Part shown: positions 30,191-39,421 of the stretch, piece after piece | Numbering within the stretch: the first letter of the stretch is position 1 | Layout: every line of letters begins with the position of its first letter | Virus record (IMG/VR): IMGVR_UViG_3300030329_003954 | Location: 1-64,000 of that record | DNA: 64,000 nt | Origin: a virus | Direction: 5' to 3' (one strand) | The notes under the pieces: generated by a model | Seen by the model: the letters and a program-made list of their open reading frames with translations, nothing else | Told to the model about the DNA's origin: nothing | The model's database searches: none | Program-made: the position numbers and the translations under genes

Positions 30191-31426
30191 ATGTTACTCG
30201 TCGAGTGCAATGTTTTAGAAAAGGTAGAAGTTATTAATGAAGGCAAAGAGGGTAACACCCGCCTTCGTCTGCGAGGCAAGTTCCAACAATGCGATGAGCA
30301 GAACAATAACGGAAGAATCTATCCTAGAAAGATTCTGGAGGGCCAAGTTAAAGCCATTCAGGAGAAGATCGGTGATCGCTCTTTAGTTGGTGCTCTCGAT
30401 CACCCAGCCAATGATGCTATTCACCTTTCGCAGGCTTCCCACCTTATCACTGGTTTGAATGTTGCTAAGGATGGCTCCGTCATAGGTGAGTGTGAGATTC
30501 TCTCGACTCCCAACGGCAAGATTGTTGAAGCTCTTATTAATGACGGTGTGAAGATTGGGATCTCCAGCCGTGGTGTCGGTAGTGTTACAGAGGGCATCAA
30601 GGGTAAGATTGTCAACGAAGACTTTAAACTTATCACGTTTGACCTTGTATCGGATCCGTCCACACGAGGCGCTTTCCCTGAGCTTTCTGAGTCTATGCGT
30701 GAGAACAGTCAGCGTGCTCAAGAGATTGTCTCCAAGCACAAGAAAGATCGAGTTCTGCTCACCATGCTGGAGAGCAAGATCAGTGAGGCTTTGAAGGGCA
30801 AGCAGAAGAAGCTTGATAAGAACAAGAATAACAAGATCGATTCCGAAGACTTCAAGATGCTCAGAGGTGAAAAGAAAGATGACGATAGCATGGACGAAAA
30901 ATCGTTTCCTGATTTAAGTGGTGACGGCAAGGTCACGATGAAGGACATCCTTATGGGCCGTGGTGTCATTAAGAAAGGTAAGAAGAAAAAGTCTATGGAA
31001 GAGGGGAGTATTAAAGATGATCCAGAAGCTTTCAAGAAAGCTAAGGCTAAAGCGAAAGCTAAAGGCCAGCAAACAGAAATGCCCAAACCCAAAGAAAGCA
31101 TCGACATTGGAGCGGTGGCAGTTGAAGGCCTAAAGAAAGTTTGCTGGGGTGATCGACACGATGAAGGCGAGACGAAAAGAATGAATAAGCGCAGAAGACA
31201 AGCCATGGATACACGAGCCGGAGCACAGAGGCCAAGTCTTGACACGCCAGATACGGCCCGCTCAAAAGCTTATGATGCTCTCAAAGGTGACTTTAGTCGA
31301 GTGGCAAAATCCTACCTTAAGGCCAAGGAATATGGCAGAAGCGGTGAAGCAGCAGCAGCCAGAGCACGCGCTAGAGCGACCGGAGTGAGAGCACCTGTAA
31401 AGCCCAAAAAACGAAACAATCAATAA
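30191..31426 (+). CDS. gp21: Prohead core protease with a long C-terminal extension
   Basis: NNNGRIYP, GALDHP, GISSRGVGS, LITFDLVSDPS. Confidence 0.93.
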   Translation: MLLVECNVLEKVEVINEGKEGNTRLRLRGKFQQCDEQNNNGRIYPRKILEGQVKAIQEKIGDRSLVGALDHPANDAIHLSQASHLITGLNVAKDGSVIGECEILSTPNGKIVEALINDGVKIGISSRGVGSVTEGIKGKIVNEDFKLITFDLVSDPSTRGAFPELSESMRENSQRAQEIVSKHKKDRVLLTMLESKISEALKGKQKKLDKNKNNKIDSEDFKMLRGEKKDDDSMDEKSFPDLSGDGKVTMKDILMGRGVIKKGKKKKSMEEGSIKDDPEAFKKAKAKAKAKGQQTEMPKPKESIDIGAVAVEGLKKVCWGDRHDEGETKRMNKRRRQAMDTRAGAQRPSLDTPDTARSKAYDALKGDFSRVAKSYLKAKEYGRSGEAAAARARARATGVRAPVKPKKRNNQ

Positions 31427-31442
31427 ACCCAAGGAATGAACC

Positions 31443-31928
31443 ATGTCAAAACATGAAGACTATGACGATTACAACACCGGAAAGCAGACATTTATTGTGA
31501 AAGACGAAAAGGCAGCACTGAAGATGAAGCGGGAGGAGGCGAAAGCCGCCCGTGATAAGTATAAGGCTGTCGTAGCTCGCGAGAGAGAAGAAAAGGCTGC
31601 TGAACGTGCTATTCAAAGAGATAAGATTCAACTTGAATTAACTAAGCTGAAGCTGTCTCAGAGTGCTAGTGAGAAAGCTCGTACTAACATCGCTCTCACA
31701 ACGCCTGCTCTTCTTGTTCTGTTGATTGGTGGCTTCATTGCCATGCTTGGCACAGGCTCTATCCCTGATGATCAAGTATCAGTTGCTTCAGCATTGTTAA
31801 CTCTTGTAGCAACCGCTTTAATGCAAAACTTACGATCCATCGTGTCTGAAGGTGCTGCTGAAGCATCTGATGCCAATGGCAACGGTAATGGTCGTGATGA
31901 CAAAAAGTCTAAGGAATCTAAGAAATGA
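31443..31928 (+). CDS. Membrane protein: N-terminal coiled coil plus two TM helices (holin-like)
   Basis: ALLVLLIGGFIAMLG and VASALLTLVATALM hydrophobic segments; charged C-terminus. Confidence 0.5.
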   Translation: MSKHEDYDDYNTGKQTFIVKDEKAALKMKREEAKAARDKYKAVVAREREEKAAERAIQRDKIQLELTKLKLSQSASEKARTNIALTTPALLVLLIGGFIAMLGTGSIPDDQVSVASALLTLVATALMQNLRSIVSEGAAEASDANGNGNGRDDKKSKESKK

Positions 31929-32482
31929 CCGACAAGTCTAAAGTTTTAGACAAGATTGCAAAGGAGTTGGACAAGGCTGTCGAACTCCATGCCAGTCAAG
32001 CTAAAAGGATTAGAGCATTATTGAATAAAAAAAGCGAAGCCAACGAGTCTCTCATCTACGAAGACTTACGTAAATGGGTTCAACAACGCTGGGTTGATAT
32101 CGGTGCTCCTAAGAAAGGTGGCGGTTTTAAACCCTGCGGTCGTCAAAAAGGTGAGAAACGCAAGGGGTATCCAAAGTGTGTGCCCGCTGCGAAAGCTGCT
32201 CGTATGAGCAAAGGTCAGAGAAGATCTGCTGTTAAACGTAAAAGAGCAGCAGGAAATCCAGGAGGTAAACCTACCATGGTTTCTACATTTAAGAATAGAG
32301 CTAAGAAAAGAGAAGCCTTTGAAAGGCTTGGTCAAATAATTGAAGGTAAGTTATGTCCTAAGGGAAAAGCTGCTGCGAAACGTAAGTTCGCTGTCTACCC
32401 TTCGGCATATGCTAACATGTACGCTTCGGCTGTTTGTAGTGGCAAGGTAACCCCTGGAGGTAAGAAGGGTAAGAAAAAATAA
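31925..32482 (+). CDS. Basic, Cys-containing putative internal head polyprotein
   Basis: EDLRKWVQQRWVDI...CGR...YPKCVP and CPKGKAAAKRKFAVYPSAYANMYASAVC modules, each preceded by I-x-E. Confidence 0.55.
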   Translation: MTDKSKVLDKIAKELDKAVELHASQAKRIRALLNKKSEANESLIYEDLRKWVQQRWVDIGAPKKGGGFKPCGRQKGEKRKGYPKCVPAAKAARMSKGQRRSAVKRKRAAGNPGGKPTMVSTFKNRAKKREAFERLGQIIEGKLCPKGKAAAKRKFAVYPSAYANMYASAVCSGKVTPGGKKGKKK

Positions 32483-32508
32483 TTGGTATTAAAAACATAC
32501 TAATACCC

Positions 32509-32522
32509 TACATACCTACATA
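32509..32522 (+). promoter_or_regulatory. Tandem TACATA late-promoter-like elements upstream of the scaffold-capsid operon
   Basis: CCCTACATACCTACATAGAGG-N6-ATG. Confidence 0.45.
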
Positions 32523-32532
32523 GAGGTTTAAC

Positions 32533-33186
32533 ATGTCGCAACAAAAAGATATTTTAGATTCGGTTGCTGAGTATCTTCCTGAGGGTCTGGATGAAAGCAC
32601 CCTTGAAAAGGTATCTGAGCTTGTCGCTGTGATCATTGAACAGCGCGTCGAAGAGCAAGTTAGTGACCTGTCCACGAAGGTCCAATCTTTTATTCGTGGT
32701 AACATTGAGAAGCTGAAAGAGCAAGCCCTTAAAGAGCTTGAACTTGAAAACGAGACGTTCCGTAACGCTCAAATGTTCGAAACCGTCCGCTCGATGTTTG
32801 CACTAGAGAACACCCAGCAAGATGAAATGAACGGCATGGAAGTTCTCGCGTCCCTTGGCGAGCAGCAGGAAGAGAAGAACCAAGCTCTGCTCCGTCAGGT
32901 TGATAAGCTCCTTAAGGAGAACGTTAACCTGAAGCGTCAGTCTAAGGTCGCAAATGATAAGAACCAAAAGTTAGAAGAGGCTTTGCAAACAATCCATGGT
33001 GAAATGGAAAGTCTGCAAGAATCTAATAACGCTGAGAGGCAACTCTCGGAAACGGCACTGGTCATCAGTGAGGATAACTTCAAAGTGAAGGAAGCTGATG
33101 AAAAGTTAAATGAAAACCACGCTGGCCACGGTAATGAGTGGATCAATCAAGGCGTGTTAGCAAAACTCAACAGTTATAGAGGTTAA
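32533..33186 (+). CDS. gp22: Prohead scaffold protein, gp22-like
   Basis: Acidic coiled coil directly upstream of the major capsid gene. Confidence 0.7.
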   Translation: MSQQKDILDSVAEYLPEGLDESTLEKVSELVAVIIEQRVEEQVSDLSTKVQSFIRGNIEKLKEQALKELELENETFRNAQMFETVRSMFALENTQQDEMNGMEVLASLGEQQEEKNQALLRQVDKLLKENVNLKRQSKVANDKNQKLEEALQTIHGEMESLQESNNAERQLSETALVISEDNFKVKEADEKLNENHAGHGNEWINQGVLAKLNSYRG

Positions 33187-33188
33187 TT

Positions 33189-34880
33189 ATGACCGCAATT
33201 GATAGAAACGATTTACTGAAGCGTTGGGAACCACTCCTTGAAGGTATCGGGGATGATCACATCGCGTACCAGACTGCTCGTCTCTTTGAAAACCAAGCCA
33301 AAGAATTCACGAAGCAGACTCTGAATGAAGAATTAAGCCCTGCGGCTACGACCACAGGTAAGATCGGCACTTTCCAAAAGTTCGCCTTCCCGCTGATTCG
33401 TCGCACCTACCCTGAGCTTATGTTCAACAAGATCGGTGCCACGCAAGCGATGGACGGCCCGGTGTCGCAAATCTTCTACATGGGCAACTCGCGTGCTCTG
33501 GGTGGTGATATCGAGCAAACGATGTACTCGAAGTTCAACATCACTCCGCGTAACCTGACTGCCACGAAGATTGGTTCTTACGATGGTTCTGCACCAAGTG
33601 AACTGCTCGATGATTGGACCACTGGTGGCACTTTTGCTAGCGGTTTACAAAACAGAGCTAGCACCAACTCAACCTCTAGCTTTGATAACGTCGCTTCGTC
33701 CTTCGATCTGTCCAACGTTATCAGTGATGTGAACGGTTCGCCCTCGACCACGATGGGTGGTAAGCTTGCTTCGTTCCCGAGTGGCACCTCGATCCTGGGT
33801 TACGCTGTTTCCGCCGCTGAAAGGTTGAAGAGCAACGAGATTCCTGAGGTCAACCTGCACATCCAAAAGCAAACGGTTCAAGCGCGTGAGCGTAAGATGA
33901 GAGCCCTTTGGACTCTGGAAGCTGCTCAAGACCTGAAGGCTTACCACAACCTGGATATGGAAGCTGAACTCACGGATCTGCTGTCGAAGGAAATGAACCT
34001 TGAAATCGACCGTGAACTGATCGAAGACATCCGCATGCTTGCTTACGGCCCTGCCGCTGTCGGCTCACTTGGTGGCTGGACTCTCGATTCGCTTTACCAA
34101 GGCGGTGCTGATAACTTCACCGGCATGGGTGGTACGGGAGCTAACAATACTGGCCCTGGTGGCACTTTTGTTGCTGGCGCTTACGAATACGACTTCTCGA
34201 CGGCTCTGACCAACGAGGACAAGACTCCTGCTGGTCAAGGCGGTGGTATGGATCGTAAGTACTCGAACATCTTCGTCATGGACCTTAAGCAGTTCATTGA
34301 AGGTTCGCAGACCAACCTTCGTCCGAGACACCTCGGTGAAGTGTACTCGAATGTCCTTGCTCTGATTAACTTCGCGAGCACCGACATCTACAAGACGACC
34401 CTACGTGGGCCGGGTAACGTCCTGGTTTGCTCGCCTGTCATGGCGTCGATGCTGGAGTCGGCTGCGAAGCTTGAGGGTGGTATCGATCGCACTGAAGGTC
34501 CGACCAACATGGGTGCCAACCAGATCTCTTACGCTGGTAAGTTCGCTGGTAAGTACGACATGATCATCGATCCGATGTTCCCAGAGGACGAAATCATTGT
34601 TGGCTACAAGGGCAACAACGCGATGGACGCTGGCTACTTCTACTGCCCGTACATCCCGCTGCAAACTCTGGATACCGTTACGGATCCTGAGACCTTCCAG
34701 CCGAGAAAGGGCATCCTGACTCGCTACGGCAAGGTTGCGGTTCAACCCGCCTCGCGCTTCTACCGCGTCATTCGTGTTATCGGTCAAGGTAGTGACTTCC
34801 TCACGCCGCAGATCTTCAGAAACACGGGCCATGGTGGCACGGCGTTCGCTGGTGACTACGCTGTGGGTGGCGATCTCTAA
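33189..34880 (+). CDS. gp23: Major capsid protein, T4 gp23 family
   Basis: AFPLIRR, QAMDGP, RKMRALWTLEAAQDLKAYH, EIDRE, DAGYFYCPYIPL, FQPRKGILTRYG. Confidence 0.97.
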   Translation: MTAIDRNDLLKRWEPLLEGIGDDHIAYQTARLFENQAKEFTKQTLNEELSPAATTTGKIGTFQKFAFPLIRRTYPELMFNKIGATQAMDGPVSQIFYMGNSRALGGDIEQTMYSKFNITPRNLTATKIGSYDGSAPSELLDDWTTGGTFASGLQNRASTNSTSSFDNVASSFDLSNVISDVNGSPSTTMGGKLASFPSGTSILGYAVSAAERLKSNEIPEVNLHIQKQTVQARERKMRALWTLEAAQDLKAYHNLDMEAELTDLLSKEMNLEIDRELIEDIRMLAYGPAAVGSLGGWTLDSLYQGGADNFTGMGGTGANNTGPGGTFVAGAYEYDFSTALTNEDKTPAGQGGGMDRKYSNIFVMDLKQFIEGSQTNLRPRHLGEVYSNVLALINFASTDIYKTTLRGPGNVLVCSPVMASMLESAAKLEGGIDRTEGPTNMGANQISYAGKFAGKYDMIIDPMFPEDEIIVGYKGNNAMDAGYFYCPYIPLQTLDTVTDPETFQPRKGILTRYGKVAVQPASRFYRVIRVIGQGSDFLTPQIFRNTGHGGTAFAGDYAVGGDL

Positions 34881-34906
34881 GATCTAGCACTCAGCTAACA
34901 ACGGAA

Positions 34907-34939
34907 GAAAGGGCTCAGTTTTATACTGAGTCCTTTTTT
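34907..34939 (+). terminator. Intrinsic terminator after the capsid gene
   Basis: AAAGGGCTCAGT-loop-ACTGAGTCCTTT followed by a T run. Confidence 0.85.
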
Positions 34940-34944
34940 CATTT

Positions 34945-34956
34945 CTAGGGTAAATA
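34945..34956 (+). promoter_or_regulatory. Putative late promoter CTAGGG-TAAATA
   Basis: Core of the T4 late consensus TATAAATA, 8 nt upstream of ATG 34965. Confidence 0.6.
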
Positions 34957-34964
34957 TATTTGTT

Positions 34965-35837
34965 ATGCCTGAGTATGGAGACAAAGTAGTAGTACCAGTC
35001 GTTAGATCCTACGGATCTTCCTACGGCACATATGGTGGTAATCGCCTTAAAGATTACAAAAGTCCGAAGGATACTGATTTAAATAATAAGGATGCCAAGG
35101 ACGTAAACGAGTTTAAGACCTTTAACAGGACTATAAAAGACTACGTTCTGGCAAAGCTAGGGCATCCAGTCATTGATGTTGAACTTGATGACTTTCAAAT
35201 TCAAATATGTGTGGATGAAGCCATCTCTAAATTAGAGTATCATGCTCCTGATTGGATGACACAGTACGCTGTCTTTAAGACAGAAGCAAATAAGAATGTT
35301 TACGAACTTCCTCAAGAGATTGCAGACAACTTAAATGACTGTTGGTATCGCAGAGATTTTTTCAAGTTTGGTGCAAACCCTGGCTCACTTGAGTTTGATT
35401 TTGCTATCATGTTCTTTACGAATACTGGTTTATTTAACAATTACAATGTTAGCCAGTATCTTCTTATGCAGCAATACCTAAAACAAGTTAAGAATGTTTT
35501 AGGTCAGATGTCTACATGGCAACTCGTTAACAACAAGTTTCTGCATATTTGGCCAGTGCCCGAGAACAACGACGAGGATGTTCTCTTAGAGTTTAGAGCT
35601 TTTGATCCTAATACTCTACACCATGCGTATAAGAGTTGGTTGCAGAGATACACTTTAGCATTAGCCAAAGAAATTCTAGGTGGTATCAGAGGTAAATATG
35701 CGACTCTTCCTGGCCCTGGCGGTGGCACGAGACTGAATGGTGCTGAATTATCTGCTGAAGCTCAGAGAGAGAAAGAGATGCTTGTAGAGGAACTCAAAAC
35801 TGAGATCGAACCACCTGCGTTATTTGATATCTTCTAA
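34965..35837 (+). CDS. gp13: Neck protein gp13-like (head-tail adaptor)
   Basis: LAKLGHPVIDVELDDFQI, WLQRYTLALAKEILGGIRGKY, LPGPGGGTRLNG. Confidence 0.88.
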   Translation: MPEYGDKVVVPVVRSYGSSYGTYGGNRLKDYKSPKDTDLNNKDAKDVNEFKTFNRTIKDYVLAKLGHPVIDVELDDFQIQICVDEAISKLEYHAPDWMTQYAVFKTEANKNVYELPQEIADNLNDCWYRRDFFKFGANPGSLEFDFAIMFFTNTGLFNNYNVSQYLLMQQYLKQVKNVLGQMSTWQLVNNKFLHIWPVPENNDEDVLLEFRAFDPNTLHHAYKSWLQRYTLALAKEILGGIRGKYATLPGPGGGTRLNGAELSAEAQREKEMLVEELKTEIEPPALFDIF

Positions 35838-36382
35838 TGTCTAGATTTAAGGTAAATACCCCTCCTACAAATTTTCCAACGGAGAGGGACACTAGGTTAT
35901 CGTTATTCAAAAAGAAGAACGATAAGAATCTCTTTAATATGGTGGACTACGAAAACATTAAGTTGTCTGGTTCACGAATTAAAGTGTTTGAATACATACC
36001 CTCTAATGACATTGATGATGTGTATCAAGAATCCAGACAGAAAACAATTGCTCAAGAACCAGTAACTGTTTGGGCTCACTATGATCCTCGACCAATAGAG
36101 GAGAACCTTTCTCAATTTGGTGTTGAGATGCAAATAGATCAGGTGTTTGTATTTAATAAATCTTACACGGAAAACTCCTTGGGTAGATCAATCGCTATTG
36201 GTGACGTTCTTCAACCTGAGTTTCAAGAGATGAAGTTTGAAGTGTTTGAGGTTCAAGAGGATAGCTTTGAAGCCTATGGTGTTTATCACTTAATGGTACA
36301 CGCGAAACTCCTCAGAGACTCTCAAGACATTCACAATCAAGATTTCTTTGATCGTCCTGATCAGGTAGGAGGCAGATACTAA
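35837..36382 (+). CDS. gp14: Neck protein gp14-like (head closure)
   Basis: IDDVYQES, LSQFGVEM, IGDVL...FEVFEV; follows gp13. Confidence 0.75.
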   Translation: MSRFKVNTPPTNFPTERDTRLSLFKKKNDKNLFNMVDYENIKLSGSRIKVFEYIPSNDIDDVYQESRQKTIAQEPVTVWAHYDPRPIEENLSQFGVEMQIDQVFVFNKSYTENSLGRSIAIGDVLQPEFQEMKFEVFEVQEDSFEAYGVYHLMVHAKLLRDSQDIHNQDFFDRPDQVGGRY

Positions 36383-37065
36383 TGCGTAAGGAATCACTTA
36401 AAAGCGACTTGAGTGTGCGAAACAAAATAGTTGATCTTACATCAACCAAGCTTTTGCCTGTAATTGATAACGTCTATAAAGAGAGCCTTCGTAGCATGTT
36501 ACACATCTTTGGTAACATGTACTACATTGATGGTAACGGGAATAGAATTAAGATCAATTGCTCGCATGGTAACCCTGAAAGAATAGCGGGTCGCTTAAAG
36601 GCAGATAATACGTTAATTCTCCCTATGATCACAGTTGTGGAGACTCAAACAGAGAGCGATCAGAATAGGATGAGATATCAAAACATCATAAGTGAGAAAG
36701 CTTATGATCCTAAAAAACGTAGAGCCACACGAGTCCTCAGCTTACCACCCAGACCAATAAATATTACGTATGAGGTCAATCTGTGGTGTAAGTACAAAGC
36801 TGATTTAGACATGATTAGGTCCAATATCTTCTCGATGTTTAGCCCTGATTTAAACATTGAAACCCTCTATTCGGTCCATAATAAAGCCTTCATAAATAAC
36901 GAACGAGAGGTCGGAAATGTTACCGCGTCTGACACTGGGGACAGGATCCTTCAGAAGACCTTGTCCATCACTTTAGAGACCTACATACCCAGTCCTAAGT
37001 TTGCGTTTACAAATACGGGTGAAATTGAGGAGTTTAATTTCAATATCACCCTCGATGAAAGCTGA
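36382..37065 (+). CDS. gp15: Tail terminator / sheath stabiliser gp15-like
   Basis: LILPMITV, PRPINITYEVNLWCKY; gene order. Confidence 0.75.
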   Translation: MRKESLKSDLSVRNKIVDLTSTKLLPVIDNVYKESLRSMLHIFGNMYYIDGNGNRIKINCSHGNPERIAGRLKADNTLILPMITVVETQTESDQNRMRYQNIISEKAYDPKKRRATRVLSLPPRPINITYEVNLWCKYKADLDMIRSNIFSMFSPDLNIETLYSVHNKAFINNEREVGNVTASDTGDRILQKTLSITLETYIPSPKFAFTNTGEIEEFNFNITLDES

Positions 37066-37085
37066 AATTAACTATTTTTAAATCT

Positions 37086-37100
37086 CTAGGGTAGTAAATA
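37086..37100 (+). promoter_or_regulatory. Putative late promoter CTAGGGTAG-TAAATA for the sheath/tube operon
   Basis: TAAATA at 37095-37100, then AGGAG SD. Confidence 0.6.
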
Positions 37101-37116
37101 TAGTAGGAGCTTTTAT

Positions 37117-37368
37117 ATGAAAATTGTTAAAAATACAAGTATGCAAGGTTTAAACATACCCTTCGGAACACCGGATGGTACTAAAACTTTTTTCTTGGCT
37201 CCTAAGGATAGGCTTGAAGTTCCTCCTACATGGAAAAGCAAGATTGCGGAGAACTTGGTTCATCGCAGATTAGTAAAAATAATCAACATCGCAGATCCGG
37301 CTCCCAAGCAAGCAGTGCCTGTCCAACCTAACCTTAAGAATAAAAAAACCATCCGTAAAAGTAGTTAA
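37117..37368 (+). CDS. Small basic hypothetical protein upstream of the sheath gene
   Basis: 83 aa ORF with AGGAG SD. Confidence 0.65.
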   Translation: MKIVKNTSMQGLNIPFGTPDGTKTFFLAPKDRLEVPPTWKSKIAENLVHRRLVKIINIADPAPKQAVPVQPNLKNKKTIRKSS

Positions 37369-37370
37369 TC

Positions 37371-39413
37371 ATGGCAATTCCAACCAGTCCATCCGTTGTA
37401 GTTCTTGAAAATGATATTTCGATTTTCACCCCGAATATCAACTCAAGCGTTGTAGGCATAGTCGGCTTCGCTAACAAAGGTCCGATCAATAAGCCCACTC
37501 TTATTACGAGCCAAGAGAATCTCATTAGAAAGTTTGGTAAACCAGACACAACCCTTTTGGGCCAAGGGCTTGAAGGCGCTCTTGAAGTGTTAGAAGCTAC
37601 TAATCAATTGTACTTTGTTAGAGGTATTGATACTGATTCTGCTTCCTCTTATGCCTCAGCCGCTATTACTGTTGGTGCGTCTCCGGCAGTTTTAGTTAGT
37701 GGCTATGTTCCCAGCGTCAACGCCTCCTCTATCCTGTATCAAACGAAGAGTAACGACGGCACAAAGAGTGCCCAGGGGGTTGTTACTCTCGTAAGCTCGA
37801 CAGACACAGTTGGAGACACCTCTGCGGTTACCCGTGCAAAGATTTTTGAAAAAGCATTTGACCCTGGCATTGTTGGGAATCAGGATGTCTTTGCATTTGT
37901 TGATGGCAATGATGTTTTCTTGGGTTCCCGATTCGCAGGTTCCGGTGCAACTCTTCAATTATCGGCTAACTACCTCGATGGACACGATCAAGAACCTTTA
38001 GGTTTCTCAGGTCTTAATATCATGGGGGTTGCCGATGAAGGCTTCTTACCAGATAATTATGGTGTTAGTGGTAACAATGTGACGGTCAGCGGCTACAGTT
38101 CTTCTGACGTTGCTCTCAATGCATACTCAATCTACCCTGGCATGGGTTACAACTTTAGTAGCCTTAGGGATGGCTCAACACAAGGAATTTCAATTGAGCT
38201 TAACAACGTCTCGGTTAGGGATCAGTTGGTGATTAATGACAGCGGCTCTCAAGTTGAATCCTACAATGCGATTGAGCTTGCTGCTTCAAGTGCCAATTCT
38301 GTTGAGTTCTTACTTAATGTTGATGAAGACAATAATGAGTCGGAATACGTGTTTGTGGAGCTTGAGAAAGACACAAGTGATTATGAGGCTCCTTCCTCAT
38401 TCGGCGTGACAGCAGCGGCGGGTGGCTTCATAGGTGGTTCAGCCTTGGATAACAGGCCAGACGCTACACCTAGATTCTTGAAACTTGTTGATGGCGACTA
38501 CAGATTTATTGACGGGGATAGTGGTGCTACTAATGCAACGTCCTTAATTGGAACGGCTGCAAAGAAAACTGGAATCTATGCTCTCGATGATGATTCTTTA
38601 AACATCTCGATTGGTATTGTTCCTGGTGTTACCGATGATGCTGTTCAAAATGCCTTTATTACTTTGGCTGAGTCTTCCAAAAACTTCTTAGCCTTAGTTG
38701 CTCCGCCGTTTGGGTTGGATGAGGTTCAAGATGCGATTCAATGGATCAACGGTCAAGACGCTGCAACCAGAGCAACTGCACTGAACTCCTCTTACGCTGC
38801 CGTTTACTGGCCGTGGGTTCAGATCTTCAACGCCTTTGCGGGTGCAGAAGAATACTATGATCCGTCGATCTTTGCTGCTAGACAGTGCGTCTTCACAGAT
38901 GCTGTCTCGGAGCCTTGGTTTGCTCCGGCTGGTTTCCGAAGAGGGCGTTTAACTAAGCCTACGGACGTTGAGATCGCTCTTAACCAAGGCGATAGAGATG
39001 CCCTTTACTCTAACTCGATCAACCCGATCACTAAGGATCCAACCACGGGTATTACAATCTTTGGTCAGAAGACCACGCAAAGAGCACCAACTGCTCTTGA
39101 CCGAGTCAACGTCCGCAGATTGATGATCTATACTCGTAAGGTTCTGCTTGAGCTTGGTAAGCCCTTCCAGTTTGAGCCTAACGATCAATTCACATGGGAA
39201 CTGGTCGAGGAGTCGATCAACCCGTTCCTCGACGACCTTCTGGCTAGAAGAGCCATCGTTGAAGGTTCTGTTAAGTGCGACTCGACAACGAACACTCCCG
39301 CAAGAGTTGATAGAAATGAGCTTTGGTGCTCGGTGACAATCAAGCCTACGAAGGCTGCTGAAACGATTGTCTTCGAGGTCAACCTCACTAGCCAATCGGC
39401 AACCATTAACTAG
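37371..39413 (+). CDS. gp18: Tail sheath protein
   Basis: SPSVVVLENDIS, GFANKGP, YAAVYWPW, PWFAPAGFRRG, IFGQKT, DRVNVRRL, FEPND. Confidence 0.97.
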   Translation: MAIPTSPSVVVLENDISIFTPNINSSVVGIVGFANKGPINKPTLITSQENLIRKFGKPDTTLLGQGLEGALEVLEATNQLYFVRGIDTDSASSYASAAITVGASPAVLVSGYVPSVNASSILYQTKSNDGTKSAQGVVTLVSSTDTVGDTSAVTRAKIFEKAFDPGIVGNQDVFAFVDGNDVFLGSRFAGSGATLQLSANYLDGHDQEPLGFSGLNIMGVADEGFLPDNYGVSGNNVTVSGYSSSDVALNAYSIYPGMGYNFSSLRDGSTQGISIELNNVSVRDQLVINDSGSQVESYNAIELAASSANSVEFLLNVDEDNNESEYVFVELEKDTSDYEAPSSFGVTAAAGGFIGGSALDNRPDATPRFLKLVDGDYRFIDGDSGATNATSLIGTAAKKTGIYALDDDSLNISIGIVPGVTDDAVQNAFITLAESSKNFLALVAPPFGLDEVQDAIQWINGQDAATRATALNSSYAAVYWPWVQIFNAFAGAEEYYDPSIFAARQCVFTDAVSEPWFAPAGFRRGRLTKPTDVEIALNQGDRDALYSNSINPITKDPTTGITIFGQKTTQRAPTALDRVNVRRLMIYTRKVLLELGKPFQFEPNDQFTWELVEESINPFLDDLLARRAIVEGSVKCDSTTNTPARVDRNELWCSVTIKPTKAAETIVFEVNLTSQSATIN

Positions 39414-39421
39414 TAATAATC

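Noticed and set aside
33333-34832. Several antisense ORFs within the capsid gene (similar ones occur in the sheath, protease and RNR genes)
   Set aside because: Shadow ORFs of strongly biased genes
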